NCBI GenBank assembly: GCA_032059585.1
Contig: DAMCAL010000001.1
Location: 4,266 to 67,114, forward strand
DNA: 62,849 nucleotides
Direction: 5' to 3'
Source of the DNA: Burkholderiaceae bacterium
GTDB taxonomy: Bacteria; Pseudomonadota; Gammaproteobacteria; Burkholderiales; Burkholderiaceae_C
The position numbers were made by a program, and so were the translations under genes. Shown piece after piece: positions 31,250 through 41,017 of the stretch. Under the pieces are notes generated by a model. The model made no database searches and was not told the DNA's origin. It saw only the letters and a list, made by a program, of their open reading frames with translations. The stretch's first letter is position 1, and every line of letters starts with the position of its first letter.

Positions 31250-32158
31250 TCAGGCCAGCCAGTAATGCCCGGCGACGTTCTGGCGAACCGCGCCCTGTGT
31301 TTCCAGCAAGGTGAGGTGCTGCTGGATGCTGCGCCGCTCCGCGCTGTCCACATACGGCCACTCGAAGCCCACCGGGTACAGCAAACGCCGCTGCACCAGC
31401 TGATCCAGGCTCTGTGGTCCCTCGTGCAGGTAGCCAAGCAGACGTTCGCTGCGCTCGTCGATCTTGGCGGAAAAATGCGCCAGCGCGTGTTCGAAGGCGC
31501 GGCGGTCGGTGAGCACGCCGCGGTGGTGCGAGGTCACCCACACGCGCGCGTCCAGTTCGCGCACCCGCTGCAAACTGCGCTGGAATGCCGCGAGGTCCGA
31601 GGTGGCGTCGCCGTAATACGGCCCGAAACCCGTCAGGTCGATGTCCCCGATGAACGCCACGCCCTCGCTTTCCACGACCAGAGCGCAGTGGCCGGCCGTG
31701 TGGCCGGGAAGGTGGTGTGCGCGCACGCGCACGCCGCCGCCGAGGTCCCATACCTGCCCGTCGGTGTAGGCCGTGGCATCCGGGCGCGGGTGGTAGTCGA
31801 AGTCGCGCTCGATCATGGCGCGCACGGCCTCCAGCACTGGTGGCGGGTAGCCGTAGTGCCGCGCCAGCCCGTCCCAGGACCGCGCGGCCTCCACATCGGC
31901 CTCATGCACCTGTACCTGCGCGTGCGGCATGCGGCCCAGCGCCACCATGTGGTCCTCGTGCACATGGCCCAGCAGCACGAGGTCGATGCGCGACAGCTCG
32001 GCGGTGAGCGTGCGGGCCACCTTCGGCGTGTCGAACGCGACCCGCGTATCGGTGCCGCTCACCAGGACCTGGTTGCCGTCGGGGTACTTGCCCGACTTGG
32101 CGCCCAGGTGTACCCGTACCGGGCCGAATTCAATCATCTCTTTCGCTATGGTTTGCAT
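31250..32158 (-). CDS. MBL-fold metallo-hydrolase
   Basis: HVHEDH, PGHTAGH, FIGDID; start at 32158 (GGAGG upstream) or 32137. Confidence 0.88.
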   Translation of the reverse strand: MQTIAKEMIEFGPVRVHLGAKSGKYPDGNQVLVSGTDTRVAFDTPKVARTLTAELSRIDLVLLGHVHEDHMVALGRMPHAQVQVHEADVEAARSWDGLARHYGYPPPVLEAVRAMIERDFDYHPRPDATAYTDGQVWDLGGGVRVRAHHLPGHTAGHCALVVESEGVAFIGDIDLTGFGPYYGDATSDLAAFQRSLQRVRELDARVWVTSHHRGVLTDRRAFEHALAHFSAKIDERSERLLGYLHEGPQSLDQLVQRRLLYPVGFEWPYVDSAERRSIQQHLTLLETQGAVRQNVAGHYWLA

Positions 32159-32207
32159 AGCACCTCCTGCCCGCCCCATATGCGCCAAGGCCCAAAAATG
32201 CTTGAAA
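32144..32207 (+). repeat. Dispersed palindromic repeat, copy 5 (degenerate; overlaps the MBL gene start)
   Basis: CGCTATGGTTTGCATAGCACCTCCTGCCCGCCCCATATGCGCCAAGGCCCAAAAATGCTTGAAA. Confidence 0.68.
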
Positions 32208-32221
32208 AATGAAGGCGAACG

Positions 32222-32743
32222 CTAGCACAGCCGCGGCGCACGCTCGTGGTTTTCCAGCGCCAGCAGCGCCTGCTTGCGCGGCAAGCCACCGCCAAACCCG
32301 GTCAGGCCGCCATCGCTGCCGATCACCCGGTGGCAGGGCACGATGATCGATACCTTGTTGCGCCCGTTGGCGGCCGCCACCGCACGGGTGGCGGTGGGCT
32401 GGCCGATGGCACTGGCCTGCTCCCGGTAGCTGCGCGTATGGCCGAACGGGATGGCCAACAGTGCCTGCCAAGCCCTCTGCTGGAACGGCGTGCCGACCAG
32501 ATCGAGCGGCACGCCGAAGGTTTGGCGGGTTCCGGCGAAGTACTGTGCCAGCTCCTGCGCGGTCTGCTCCAGCAGCGCGCTGTCGCCGGGCACTGCGACA
32601 ACGCGGTGGGCGGCTTCGACCTGGGCCAGTTCACGCTCCACCCCCGGCTGGCCGGCGAACTCCAGCAGGCACAGTCCGCGCGTCGACGCGACGGCCAGCA
32701 TGTCGCCCAGCGGTGTCGAAAACTGGCTGCTCACCAAAGACAC
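32222..32743 (-). CDS. ogt: Methylated-DNA--protein-cysteine methyltransferase
   Basis: GTPFQ...W..L..IPFG, RAVAAANGRN, active site IVPCHRV. Confidence 0.92.
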   Translation of the reverse strand: MSLVSSQFSTPLGDMLAVASTRGLCLLEFAGQPGVERELAQVEAAHRVVAVPGDSALLEQTAQELAQYFAGTRQTFGVPLDLVGTPFQQRAWQALLAIPFGHTRSYREQASAIGQPTATRAVAAANGRNKVSIIVPCHRVIGSDGGLTGFGGGLPRKQALLALENHERAPRLC

Positions 32744-32805
32744 GTACCTATCCTCCCGGTAGCGCCGCCAGCGTACGAGCCCGCGTGGCGCTCAAGGGCA
32801 TTGTG

Positions 32806-33375
32806 TCAGTCTTCGATGCCGCGCTGGGCCGGCACCCCGGCCTGGAATGCGTGCTTGACCAGCTTCATCTCCGTCACCGTATCCGCGATGTCGATGATTT
32901 CCTGCGGGCAGCGCCGACCCGTCAGGCACACGTGCACCTCCTTCGGGCGTTGCGCCAGGGTGTCGAGCACCTGCTGCAGCGGCAGCCAGCCGTAGATCAG
33001 CGGGTAGGTGATCTCGTCGAGCACCACCAGGAAATACTCGCCCGACAGGATCGCCGCCGACGCCTTGGCCCAGCCATCGCGGGCGAGCTGGGCCGAGTGT
33101 TCCAGGTCCTTGCTCTTCCAGGAAAAGCCGTCGCCGAGCCCTTCCACCGGCAGGCCGACCTGGTCCGCCAGCCGGTGCTCGCCGAAACGAGCGCTCGGCA
33201 CCTTCATGAACTGGAACACCTTGACAGCCTTGCCCCGGCCCGTGGCGCGAAAGGCCAGGCCGAAGGCGGCCGTGCTTTTGCCCTTGCCATCGCCGGTGTT
33301 GACGATGACCAGCCCTCGCCGTTCGCCTTCCGGCTTTTCGTACGGCTTGGCGCTGGGCGGTGATTCGATCTGCAT
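32806..33375 (-). CDS. cobO: Cob(I)yrinic acid a,c-diamide adenosyltransferase (CobO/BtuR)
   Basis: NTGDGKGKSTAAFG, VVLDEI, LTGR, ADTVTEM...KHAF. Confidence 0.95.
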   Translation of the reverse strand: MQIESPPSAKPYEKPEGERRGLVIVNTGDGKGKSTAAFGLAFRATGRGKAVKVFQFMKVPSARFGEHRLADQVGLPVEGLGDGFSWKSKDLEHSAQLARDGWAKASAAILSGEYFLVVLDEITYPLIYGWLPLQQVLDTLAQRPKEVHVCLTGRRCPQEIIDIADTVTEMKLVKHAFQAGVPAQRGIED

Positions 33376-33430
33376 GGAAAACTTCCTCGTCGCAAGGTTC
33401 AACAAAACGGGCGCCGCTCGCACACGCGGC

Positions 33431-34207
33431 TCAGACACGCGGCAGCGCCATCCACAGGCCGTCGATCTGGCGGATGCGGATGCGTTGCTCGAACACGCGC
33501 TCGAGCGCCTCGTGTGTGGCGGGATCGCTGCACGCACCGTGGTGCACGACGCAGCCGCCCGCCAGAATCAGCAGGTCGTCCGCCTGCAGTGCAATCGAGA
33601 TCTCGTGCAGCACGCTGACCACCGTGCGGCCCGATTGGACCAGCGCACGCACCGTGCGCATCCAGTCGGTCTGGTGCGGCGGGTCCAGGTTCGCCAGCGG
33701 TTCATCCATCAGCATCACCGGAGCCTGCACGGCCAGCACGCGCGCCAGCAGCACGCGCTGACGCTCTCCTCCCGACAGCTCCGACAGCGGGCGCGCGCGC
33801 CACTCCCACGCCTGGGTGGTGCACAGCGCAGCATGCACGGCGGCGTGGTCGGCCGGGCCGGGCGGTGCCATCCAGCCGCGGTGCGGCAGACGGCCCAGCA
33901 TGGCCACGTCGTAGGCCGGCAGGTCGTCCGCGGGCGCCTCGTTCTGGCCCATCCAGGCCATCTGGCGGGCCCGCGCGCGCGCGGGCAGCGTTCTCAGAGG
34001 CTGGCCCAGCAGGCACACTTCGCCCTGCAAGCTGCCGTGGGCCAGCAGGCCCGCCAGGGCCTTGAGCAGGGTGGACTTGCCCGCGCCGTTGGGCCCGACG
34101 ATGCTGGTCCAGCGCGCAGCCGGCACATCCAGGTCGATGCCGCGCAACACCGCCGCACGCTGCAGGTGCACGGTGAGGCCGCGGGCGCGCAGTGCGGTTG
34201 CCGTCAC
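33431..34207 (-). CDS. btuD: Cobalamin ABC transporter ATP-binding protein
   Basis: GPNGAGKST, LSGGERQR, MDEP; operon context. Confidence 0.85.
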   Translation of the reverse strand: MTATALRARGLTVHLQRAAVLRGIDLDVPAARWTSIVGPNGAGKSTLLKALAGLLAHGSLQGEVCLLGQPLRTLPARARARQMAWMGQNEAPADDLPAYDVAMLGRLPHRGWMAPPGPADHAAVHAALCTTQAWEWRARPLSELSGGERQRVLLARVLAVQAPVMLMDEPLANLDPPHQTDWMRTVRALVQSGRTVVSVLHEISIALQADDLLILAGGCVVHHGACSDPATHEALERVFEQRIRIRQIDGLWMALPRV

Positions 34208-35247
34208 AGCCCGCTCCCGATGCGGCGCCGATGCATCAGCCACAGCAGGTAGCTGCCACCCAGGGCTGCGGTGAGAACCCCCACGGGCAGTTCCTGCGGC
34301 GCCACGAGCCAACGCGCCAGGATGTCTGCGCCAAGCAGCAGCACGCCGCCCATCAGGCTGGCCAGCCAGACCTGCCACTGGTGCGTGACGCGGGCGATCG
34401 AGCGCACCAGGTGCGGCGCTGCCAGCCCGACGAAGGCGATCAGCCCGGTGTGCGCCACGGCGGCGCCGGTGGCCAGCGCCAGCACCAGCACCAGGCCGGC
34501 GCGCATCGGCACCAGGGGCAGGCCCAGGCTGGCGGCGGTGGCCTCGCCCAGCATCAGACCGTCGAGCAGCCGCGACAGCGCCCACGCGACGCCCGCGCAC
34601 AGCGTCCACAGCGCCGCCATGAGCGCGCACGCCTGCCACCCGACAAAAGCCGAGCTGCCCATGGTGAACACCTGCATGGCCTCGAGGATGTGCGGATGGG
34701 CCACCTGGACAAGGTCGCGCGCTGCGCTCAGCACCACCCCGACCACCACGCCGGCCAGCAGCAGGCGCAGCGTGTGCTGCACGCCGCGCGCCAGCGCCAG
34801 CGTGAGCAGCACCGCCAGCGTGGCCCCCAGGAAGGCTGCGCCCGTCAGGCCCAGCCGCGCCAGCCAGCCCGCGTGGCCCAGCGACACACCCATCAGCGCC
34901 AGTGCCAGCGCGCCACCGAGCGCCGCGCCTGAGGCGCTGCCGAGCAGATATGGGTCGGCCAGCGGGTTGCGAAACAGCCCCTGCGACACGGCCCCGGCCA
35001 GGCCCAGCAGCGCGCCGGCGAGCCAGGCGCCGAGGGTGCGCGGCAGACGGATGTCCCAGACGATCTGGTGCGCCAGCGTGTCGTGGCCCTGCCGCAGCAC
35101 GCTTTCAAAGCCCGTGCTGCCGACGCTCGCACCCAGCAGCACCAGCAGCACGCTGAGCGCCACCAGGGTGGCAACCAGGCCCGCCGCGCGCCGCGCGCCG
35201 CTGGGCGGCGGCGGGGCAAGCGTCACCTCGGCACCCACGGAACTCAT
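34204..35247 (-). CDS. btuC: Cobalamin ABC transporter permease (FecCD family)
   Basis: IRLPR, QGLFRNPLADPYLLG, GLIAFVGL, ELPVG. Confidence 0.88.
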   Translation of the reverse strand: MSSVGAEVTLAPPPPSGARRAAGLVATLVALSVLLVLLGASVGSTGFESVLRQGHDTLAHQIVWDIRLPRTLGAWLAGALLGLAGAVSQGLFRNPLADPYLLGSASGAALGGALALALMGVSLGHAGWLARLGLTGAAFLGATLAVLLTLALARGVQHTLRLLLAGVVVGVVLSAARDLVQVAHPHILEAMQVFTMGSSAFVGWQACALMAALWTLCAGVAWALSRLLDGLMLGEATAASLGLPLVPMRAGLVLVLALATGAAVAHTGLIAFVGLAAPHLVRSIARVTHQWQVWLASLMGGVLLLGADILARWLVAPQELPVGVLTAALGGSYLLWLMHRRRIGSGL

Positions 35248-36137
35248 GGCGGCGTGAACTTGTCGGCCAGGCACGTGGCCATGATGCGCGCGGCCTCGGC
35301 CATGCGCGGGCCCGGGCGCACCAGCACGTCGGCCTGCTCGGGGCCGAAAACGCACAGCCGGCCGGCGACCACGGCGCGCAGGTGCTGCCACCCCGGGTAC
35401 AGCGCCAGCGGCTGGGCGCTGCGGTTGGACACCATCACCAGGTCGGGTTGCGTGCGCAGAACGAATTCGGGGCTCAGGCGCGGAAAAGGGCCCAGGTCGG
35501 CGGGTACCACGTTGCGCACCCCCAGGCGCGACAGGGTTTCGCCGATGAACGAGGTCTGCCCTGCCGCGTAGGGCCCGCGGCTGACTTCAAAATACACCCG
35601 CGCGCCCCGTGCGGCGGGCGGCAGCGACTGCGCGGCGGCCTGCACCGACGCATCGATGACGCGCCACAGCCGGTCCACGCCTTCGGCCCGCGGCACGGCG
35701 AACAGGTCGCCGATCACGGTGAGCACCCGCCGCACGTCGGCGTGTGTCCTGGGCTCGAGCGCGATCACCTTCACGCCCAGGGCCTCCAGCCGGTCGCTCA
35801 CGCGGCTGGCAACCGACAGCAGCACCACGTCCGGCCGCAGCGCGACGATGGCCTCCACGCTCGGATCGATGCCGCCCCCCACTTTGGGCAACTGGCGCAC
35901 CGACTCGGGCCAGTTGGAATACCGGTCGACGCCCACCAGCCGGTCGCACTGCTGCATGGCGCACAGGCTTTCGGTGCTGGAGGGCAGCAGGCTGACGACG
36001 CGCCGCGGCGGCTCGGGCAGGTGCAGCACGCGCCCACGGTCGTCGGTTACGGTGATGGCTGCGTGCGCGGCACTGGCGGCCAGTGCCATGGCCGTGCAGG
36101 TCGCCGCGCGGCGTATCCAGTTGTGCAGGCTTTTCAT
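35244..36137 (-). CDS. btuF: Cobalamin-binding periplasmic protein
   Basis: Signal peptide; TDDRGR...RRVVSLLPSSTE; RPGPRM. Confidence 0.85.
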   Translation of the reverse strand: MKSLHNWIRRAATCTAMALAASAAHAAITVTDDRGRVLHLPEPPRRVVSLLPSSTESLCAMQQCDRLVGVDRYSNWPESVRQLPKVGGGIDPSVEAIVALRPDVVLLSVASRVSDRLEALGVKVIALEPRTHADVRRVLTVIGDLFAVPRAEGVDRLWRVIDASVQAAAQSLPPAARGARVYFEVSRGPYAAGQTSFIGETLSRLGVRNVVPADLGPFPRLSPEFVLRTQPDLVMVSNRSAQPLALYPGWQHLRAVVAGRLCVFGPEQADVLVRPGPRMAEAARIMATCLADKFTPP

Positions 36138-36763
36138 GTGCGCTCCGGTTCATCCTTCAGCGTCAACGGCAGGCCCGCCGCCATCAGCGTGACGCGCTGG
36201 CAGGCGGCGGCTGCGCGCTGGTTCAGCGTGCCGAGCGCATCGACAAACGCGCGCACCTGGCGCCCCAGCGGTATGACGCCCAGCCCGATCTCGTTGCCCA
36301 CCAGGACGACCGGGCCCGGGCACACTGCCAGTGCTTCAAAAAAGTGAGCTGCTTGCGCTTGCCAGGCTTTCGCTGGAGCCACATTTGACCCATATTCTTC
36401 GGACGCCGCGGGCATCAGCCACGCAGTAAGCCACAGCGTCAGGCAGTCGACCACGACCAAGGTATGTGAATGGCCGTGCGCGCGCAGCGCGCCGGCCAGG
36501 TCTTGGGACGCCTCGACGGTCTGCAGGCCCGGCACCCGCTGGGCGCGATCGGCCTGATGGCGTGCGATGCGCGTGCGCATCTCGTCGTCGTGTGGCTGGG
36601 CCGTGGCGATGAGCGTCGCCTGGCGCGTGCCCGCGCCCTCCAGCCACGTGCGCGCCAGCAGTTCTGCGCGGCGCGACTTGCCGCTTTTCTGGCCGCCCAG
36701 AATCAGTTCGCTGCGTGCCACGCGCAGGTCCCGGCACTCCGCCCCGCCCTGCCCCGCGGTCAT
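36134..36763 (-). CDS. cobU: Bifunctional adenosylcobinamide kinase / Cbi-phosphate guanylyltransferase
   Basis: LILGGQKSGKS, DDEM..RI..H, VDCLTLWL, VGNEIGLG. Confidence 0.94.
   Translation of the reverse strand: MTAGQGGAECRDLRVARSELILGGQKSGKSRRAELLARTWLEGAGTRQATLIATAQPHDDEMRTRIARHQADRAQRVPGLQTVEASQDLAGALRAHGHSHTLVVVDCLTLWLTAWLMPAASEEYGSNVAPAKAWQAQAAHFFEALAVCPGPVVLVGNEIGLGVIPLGRQVRAFVDALGTLNQRAAAACQRVTLMAAGLPLTLKDEPERT
36332..36393 (+). repeat. Dispersed palindromic repeat, copy 6 (in-frame inside cobU)
   Basis: TGCTTCAAAAAAGTGAGCTGCTTGCGCTTGCCAGGCTTTCGCTGGAGCCACATTTGACCCAT; shares CGCTGGAGCC with copy 1. Confidence 0.78.
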
Positions 36764-38133
36764 GGCGCGCCCAGCAGCCGGGCCGTGGCCACGGGCGAGG
36801 AAGGGAACCAGGCATGGAAATAGCTGGCATGGATGCTGCCGTGGCGATACACCGCCTCGGGGCCCGAGGCGGCATCGTCCGGCGCTGGACGCCGGGCGTG
36901 GCCGGCGGCGGGTATGGCCATCTCGACGCTCGAATAGTGGAAGGTGTGGCCGCGCAGGGCCGCATGCTGCGACGGTGCCCCGGGCACGCGCCATTCGCGT
37001 GGGCCCAGGCCTTGCAGCCGCGCGTGCAGCGTAGCGTGCGCCGGCAGCAGGCCCCACAGCGGCGCCCGCCGCCCGTCTGCAAGCGTGATGGATTGCGTCA
37101 GCGCGAGCATGCCGCCGCCCTCGGCCCAGACGGGCTTGCCGTCAGCGGCATGCTGGTGCAACTGCGCCTGCAGCCCGGTGTGTTCGAAAAGCGCCTGCGC
37201 GTGCAGCTCGGGAAAGCCGCCGGGCAGCCACAGGGCATCGCACGCCGGCAGTGGTTCGCGGCGCAGCGGCGAGAAGCACCGCACCTCGGCGCCCAGCGCG
37301 CGCAGGACCTGCAGGTTCGCCTCATAGACCAGGCAAAACGCCTCGTCGCGCGCGACCGCCACACGCCGGCCGGCGAGCAGCGGCGGGACGGGCGCTGGGG
37401 CGTTTGCCGGTGCGGTGAAGTCCACCGCCCATCGCTGCCAATCCTGGTCGGTCATGGCGCCCAGCGGCGTGGCCGCGATGGCGTCGGCTGCTGCGTCCAG
37501 GCGTGCCAGCGCATCGGGTAATTCGCGCGCGGCGACCAGGCCCAGATGGCGTTCGGGCAGCAGGCGGGGCGAACGCCCTGCGCCATCGGTGCATCGCACC
37601 GGCGGCAACGCGCCCAGCCAGTCGCCGGCGTCGCGCAGGCCATCCTGCAGCATGCGGGCATGGCGGTCGCCCGCCACGCGGTTGGCCAGCACGCCGGCCC
37701 AGGGCAAGCCCGGCTGGTAGCTGCGCAGACCCAGCGCCAGAGCGCCGAAAGTGCCGCCCATTGCGCTGGCGTCGATCACGGCCAGCACCGGAATGCCGAG
37801 CCGGCGTGCCAGCGAGGCCGCGCCGGACTCCCCGTCGAACAGGCCCATCGCCCCCTCGATGAGCACCAGGTCGGCTTCACCGGCGGCGCGGTGCAGGCGC
37901 TGGCGGCAGTCGGCTTCACCCGTCATCCACAGGTCCAGCGGGTGCACGGGCGCTCCACTGGCCAGCTCGTGCCAGTGCGGATCCAGGTAGTCGGCCCCGC
38001 ACTTGAACACCTGAACATGCCGGCCGCGCCGCGCGTGCAGCCGCGCCAGGGCGGCAACCACGGTGGTCTTGCCCTGGCCCGAACCGGGAGCGGCGACCAC
38101 CAAGGCCGGACAACGTGCAGTGGGTGTGGTCAT
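36760..38133 (-). CDS. cbiA: Cobyrinate a,c-diamide synthase (CbiA/CobB), with the glutaminase Cys substituted
   Basis: SGQGKTT, DYLDP, IEGAMGLFDG, LPERHLGL, PGGFPEL, WAEGGGM. Confidence 0.92.
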   Translation of the reverse strand: MTTPTARCPALVVAAPGSGQGKTTVVAALARLHARRGRHVQVFKCGADYLDPHWHELASGAPVHPLDLWMTGEADCRQRLHRAAGEADLVLIEGAMGLFDGESGAASLARRLGIPVLAVIDASAMGGTFGALALGLRSYQPGLPWAGVLANRVAGDRHARMLQDGLRDAGDWLGALPPVRCTDGAGRSPRLLPERHLGLVAARELPDALARLDAAADAIAATPLGAMTDQDWQRWAVDFTAPANAPAPVPPLLAGRRVAVARDEAFCLVYEANLQVLRALGAEVRCFSPLRREPLPACDALWLPGGFPELHAQALFEHTGLQAQLHQHAADGKPVWAEGGGMLALTQSITLADGRRAPLWGLLPAHATLHARLQGLGPREWRVPGAPSQHAALRGHTFHYSSVEMAIPAAGHARRPAPDDAASGPEAVYRHGSIHASYFHAWFPSSPVATARLLGAP

Positions 38134-38140
38134 GCCGCGC

Positions 38141-40033
38141 TCAGTACTGGGGAGCCCACTTGAGCCCGACGAACACGCTGCGCCCTGGTGTTGCGTAGGT
38201 GCGGGCGACTTCGTACTGCTTGTCGGCCAGGTTGTCGATGCGCGCCAGGACCTGCCAGTCGCGGGCCACGCGCGTGCTGGCGTGGAGGTTCACCAGGGTG
38301 TAGCCGCCCAGCACGTTTTTGTTGGCCGCGTCGTCGAAGCGGCGGCCCGAGAGTTGCGCCTCGGCGCCCACGGTCCATTGCGCGAGACGCGTCTGGGCAC
38401 CCAGGGTGGCGTGCTGCTTGGCACGGCGGGCGAGCTGCTTGCCGGTGTCCAGGTTCTCGGGGTTTTGCAGGTCGATGGAGCCGTGCAGGCGAACGCTGCC
38501 CAGCTGGTGTGCCCCGGCCAGCGTCACGCCTTGGTAGCGCGCCTTGCCCACGCTGGAGTAGCAGCCCGGATAGGGACCGGAGCCGCCGGGGCACGGGCCC
38601 GGGCCGCTCACGTACGTGATCAGGTTGCGCACATCGTTGCGGTACACGGTGGCAGAGAAGCTGCTGGCGCCCTGCAGCCACTTCACACCCAACTCGACGT
38701 TGCGGCTGGTCTCGGGGGTGAGCGTCGCATCGCCGTACATGCTGAAGCGCTGGTACAGCGACGGCGCGCGAAAGGCGGTCCCGACCGACGCCGTGGCGCG
38801 CCATTGGGGCGCGAACTCGTAGCCGTAGGCGGCGCTGCCGGTCGACTTGTCGCCGAATTCGCTGTCACGGTCATGGCGGGCGTTGAGCTGCAGGGTGTGG
38901 GCACCCTGGTGCAAGCCGTAGCCGAGCGCGAGTGCGTTCTGCGAGCGCGACCGGTCCACCGGTGCATTGGCCAGGTGGTCCTCGCGGCGCTCGAGCGCCG
39001 CCGTGAACTGGTGCGTGCCGAAACGCCACTCGTTGTGCAGCAGGTAGCCGCGCAGGTGCGTGTTCGTCAAATACGGCGAGGGGGTCGTTTCGTAGCGGTC
39101 CTTGGAGTCGGTGACCGACAGGCGCATCTTGTAGCGCTCGCTCCACTGTGCATGCCAGTGCAGGCCCAGGGCCTGCAGCCGGTGCCGGCTGCGGTCATCG
39201 TCCGCGCTGGTGTCATAGCCGCTGTTCGATTCGTTGTGCAGCAACGTCCCTTCGAGCCGGTGCGCAGCGCCCAACTGCCAGCCCAGGCGGCCGTTGAATG
39301 CGCTGTGGTGGTAGCCATCGCGGTCCAGGTTGTGGCCAGCCTTGGTGGTGGCGTCGAAGCCGCGGCTGCCCTCGCGCGTGGCGCCCAGTGCGTAGTCGAC
39401 TGCACCGGCAGCGCCGCTCACACCGGCTTCGGTGCGCCAGGTGCGGTTGGAGCCGGCGCCCACGCCCACGTACGGCGCCACGCCGGCCTCGCCTCTTTTC
39501 GTGAAGATCTGGATGACGCCGGCCACGGCATCCGATCCATACACGGCAGCCGCCGGACCGCGCAAGACCTCCACCCGGTCGATCAACGACAGCGGAATGG
39601 CTTCCCACGTGGCGCCGCCGCTACCTGCCTGGGAGTCGACCCGCACGCCGTCCACGTACACGGCGGTGAAACGCGTCTCCGCGCCGCGCAGGAAGACGCT
39701 GGTGGTCGTGGCGGGCCCGCCGTTGCGCGAGATTTCGATGCCCGGAAGGCGTGCCAGCACGTCGGCCAGGCCGGTCGCGCCGCTTTGCTCGATGGTCTGG
39801 CGGTCGACGATGGACACGTCGGCCAGCACATCGGTGAGCGGTTGGGCGACGCGCGTGGCTGTCACCACCACTTCGTTCATGGACGGTGCGTGCTGGTTCT
39901 GTGCCAGCAGCGTTGCATTGTCCTGGGCGTGGGCGGCGCACGCAGCGCAGGAAGCGAAAGCCAGGGCGCTCAGGCGCAGGCGCACGCCAGCGCTGGCAGC
40001 AGGCGTGCTGGCACGAAACGAGAGATTCGACAT
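38141..40033 (-). CDS. btuB: TonB-dependent cobalamin receptor
   Basis: TonB box EVVVTATR; RVEVLRGPAAAVYGSDAVAGVIQIFT; downstream of a B12 riboswitch. Confidence 0.9.
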   Translation of the reverse strand: MSNLSFRASTPAASAGVRLRLSALAFASCAACAAHAQDNATLLAQNQHAPSMNEVVVTATRVAQPLTDVLADVSIVDRQTIEQSGATGLADVLARLPGIEISRNGGPATTTSVFLRGAETRFTAVYVDGVRVDSQAGSGGATWEAIPLSLIDRVEVLRGPAAAVYGSDAVAGVIQIFTKRGEAGVAPYVGVGAGSNRTWRTEAGVSGAAGAVDYALGATREGSRGFDATTKAGHNLDRDGYHHSAFNGRLGWQLGAAHRLEGTLLHNESNSGYDTSADDDRSRHRLQALGLHWHAQWSERYKMRLSVTDSKDRYETTPSPYLTNTHLRGYLLHNEWRFGTHQFTAALERREDHLANAPVDRSRSQNALALGYGLHQGAHTLQLNARHDRDSEFGDKSTGSAAYGYEFAPQWRATASVGTAFRAPSLYQRFSMYGDATLTPETSRNVELGVKWLQGASSFSATVYRNDVRNLITYVSGPGPCPGGSGPYPGCYSSVGKARYQGVTLAGAHQLGSVRLHGSIDLQNPENLDTGKQLARRAKQHATLGAQTRLAQWTVGAEAQLSGRRFDDAANKNVLGGYTLVNLHASTRVARDWQVLARIDNLADKQYEVARTYATPGRSVFVGLKWAPQY

Positions 40034-40126
40034 GGAGAAAACGACAGGAACAGCAAACAACCCGTGCCAGCTTCCCCGCCGGCGATGGGTGACACGGCTG
40101 CGCCCCGCGTGGGGAGCAGCCTCCTT

Positions 40127-40340
40127 GTTGGCCGGTATCCGGGCTGGCGAAACGCCTTTCATCGCCTTCCCAGGCGCTTGTTCAACGCGCCCAGTGGCTG
40201 GATGGATGAAAGGGGAGCCGATCACGGCTCGTTCGCTGACCGTTGCGGGGGCAGCGCAGGCCCGGGGTATGTGTCCTGGCGGACGCCCCTCCCTGCTTCC
40301 CGTTGAACTGCCGCATGTGAACCACGCAGCGAGCACCAAC
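40127..40340 (-). ncRNA. Cobalamin riboswitch
   Basis: Minus strand reads GGTGC...AACGGGAAGCAGGG...CTGCCCCCGCAACGGT...GCCACTGG...CTGGGAAGGC...AGCCCGGATACCGGCC; TAGAAT -10 just upstream. Confidence 0.93.
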
Positions 40341-40399
40341 CGGGTGATTCTAGAGGGTTCCGACCCGCCTGCCCGCGTGGTCTCTACAATCACACGCCT

Positions 40400-40624
40400 A
40401 TGTCTGCTCCTTCACCCATCGACCAGGTTGCCGAGCGCGTGGAGCGGCTGTTGCTTCAGCACGAGCAACTGCGACGCACCAACGCCCTGCTGGCCCAGCA
40501 GGTCATGACGCTGACCCAGGAGCGCGATTCCCTGAAGTCGAGGCTGCAGGCGGCGCGCGCGCGGGTCGATGCGCTGCTCGACCGGCTGCCGACGAACACC
40601 GTACCCGGAGACGAGACGCGATGA
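40400..40624 (+). CDS. Small coiled-coil protein (DUF904/ZapB-like)
   Basis: Heptad pattern; directly upstream of zapA with ATGA overlap. Confidence 0.8.
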   Translation: MSAPSPIDQVAERVERLLLQHEQLRRTNALLAQQVMTLTQERDSLKSRLQAARARVDALLDRLPTNTVPGDETR

Positions 40625-40965
40625 AGCAGATCGAGGTCCAGATTCTTCAGCAAAGCTATCTGCTCGCCTGCGCCGAAGGCCAGGAGCCGCGTCTGCTCGA
40701 GGCCGTGGAGCGGGTGGATGCCGCCATGACGCGCATCCGCGATGCAGGCAAGGTGCGCGCACGGGAGCGCATCGCCGTCCTGGCTGCATTGAACCTTGCG
40801 TTTGAAATCGCCGATCGCGAGGCAGCGGCGGCGGAAGCCGCGAGTATGGATCCCGTGGCCGAACCTCGCGTTTCGGCGCCGGCGACGCCCGTGCAGGACC
40901 CACGCCTCGAGCAGTTGATCCTGCGGCTCGACGAAGCCCTGGGTGACGACGCGAGAGTGTTGTAA
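40621..40965 (+). CDS. zapA: Cell division protein ZapA
   Basis: MKQIEVQILQQSYLLAC...ERIAVLAALNLA. Confidence 0.92.
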   Translation: MKQIEVQILQQSYLLACAEGQEPRLLEAVERVDAAMTRIRDAGKVRARERIAVLAALNLAFEIADREAAAAEAASMDPVAEPRVSAPATPVQDPRLEQLILRLDEALGDDARVL

Positions 40966-41017
40966 GGATTCGCGAGCGCAGGGTGCACCCGCGAGGTGCC
41001 GGGCATACAATGGACCC

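Noticed and set aside
38141..40393. BtuB N-terminal extension of about 120 aa in the ORF track
   Set aside because: The extension runs through the cobalamin riboswitch. The signal peptide and TonB box support a start at 40033.
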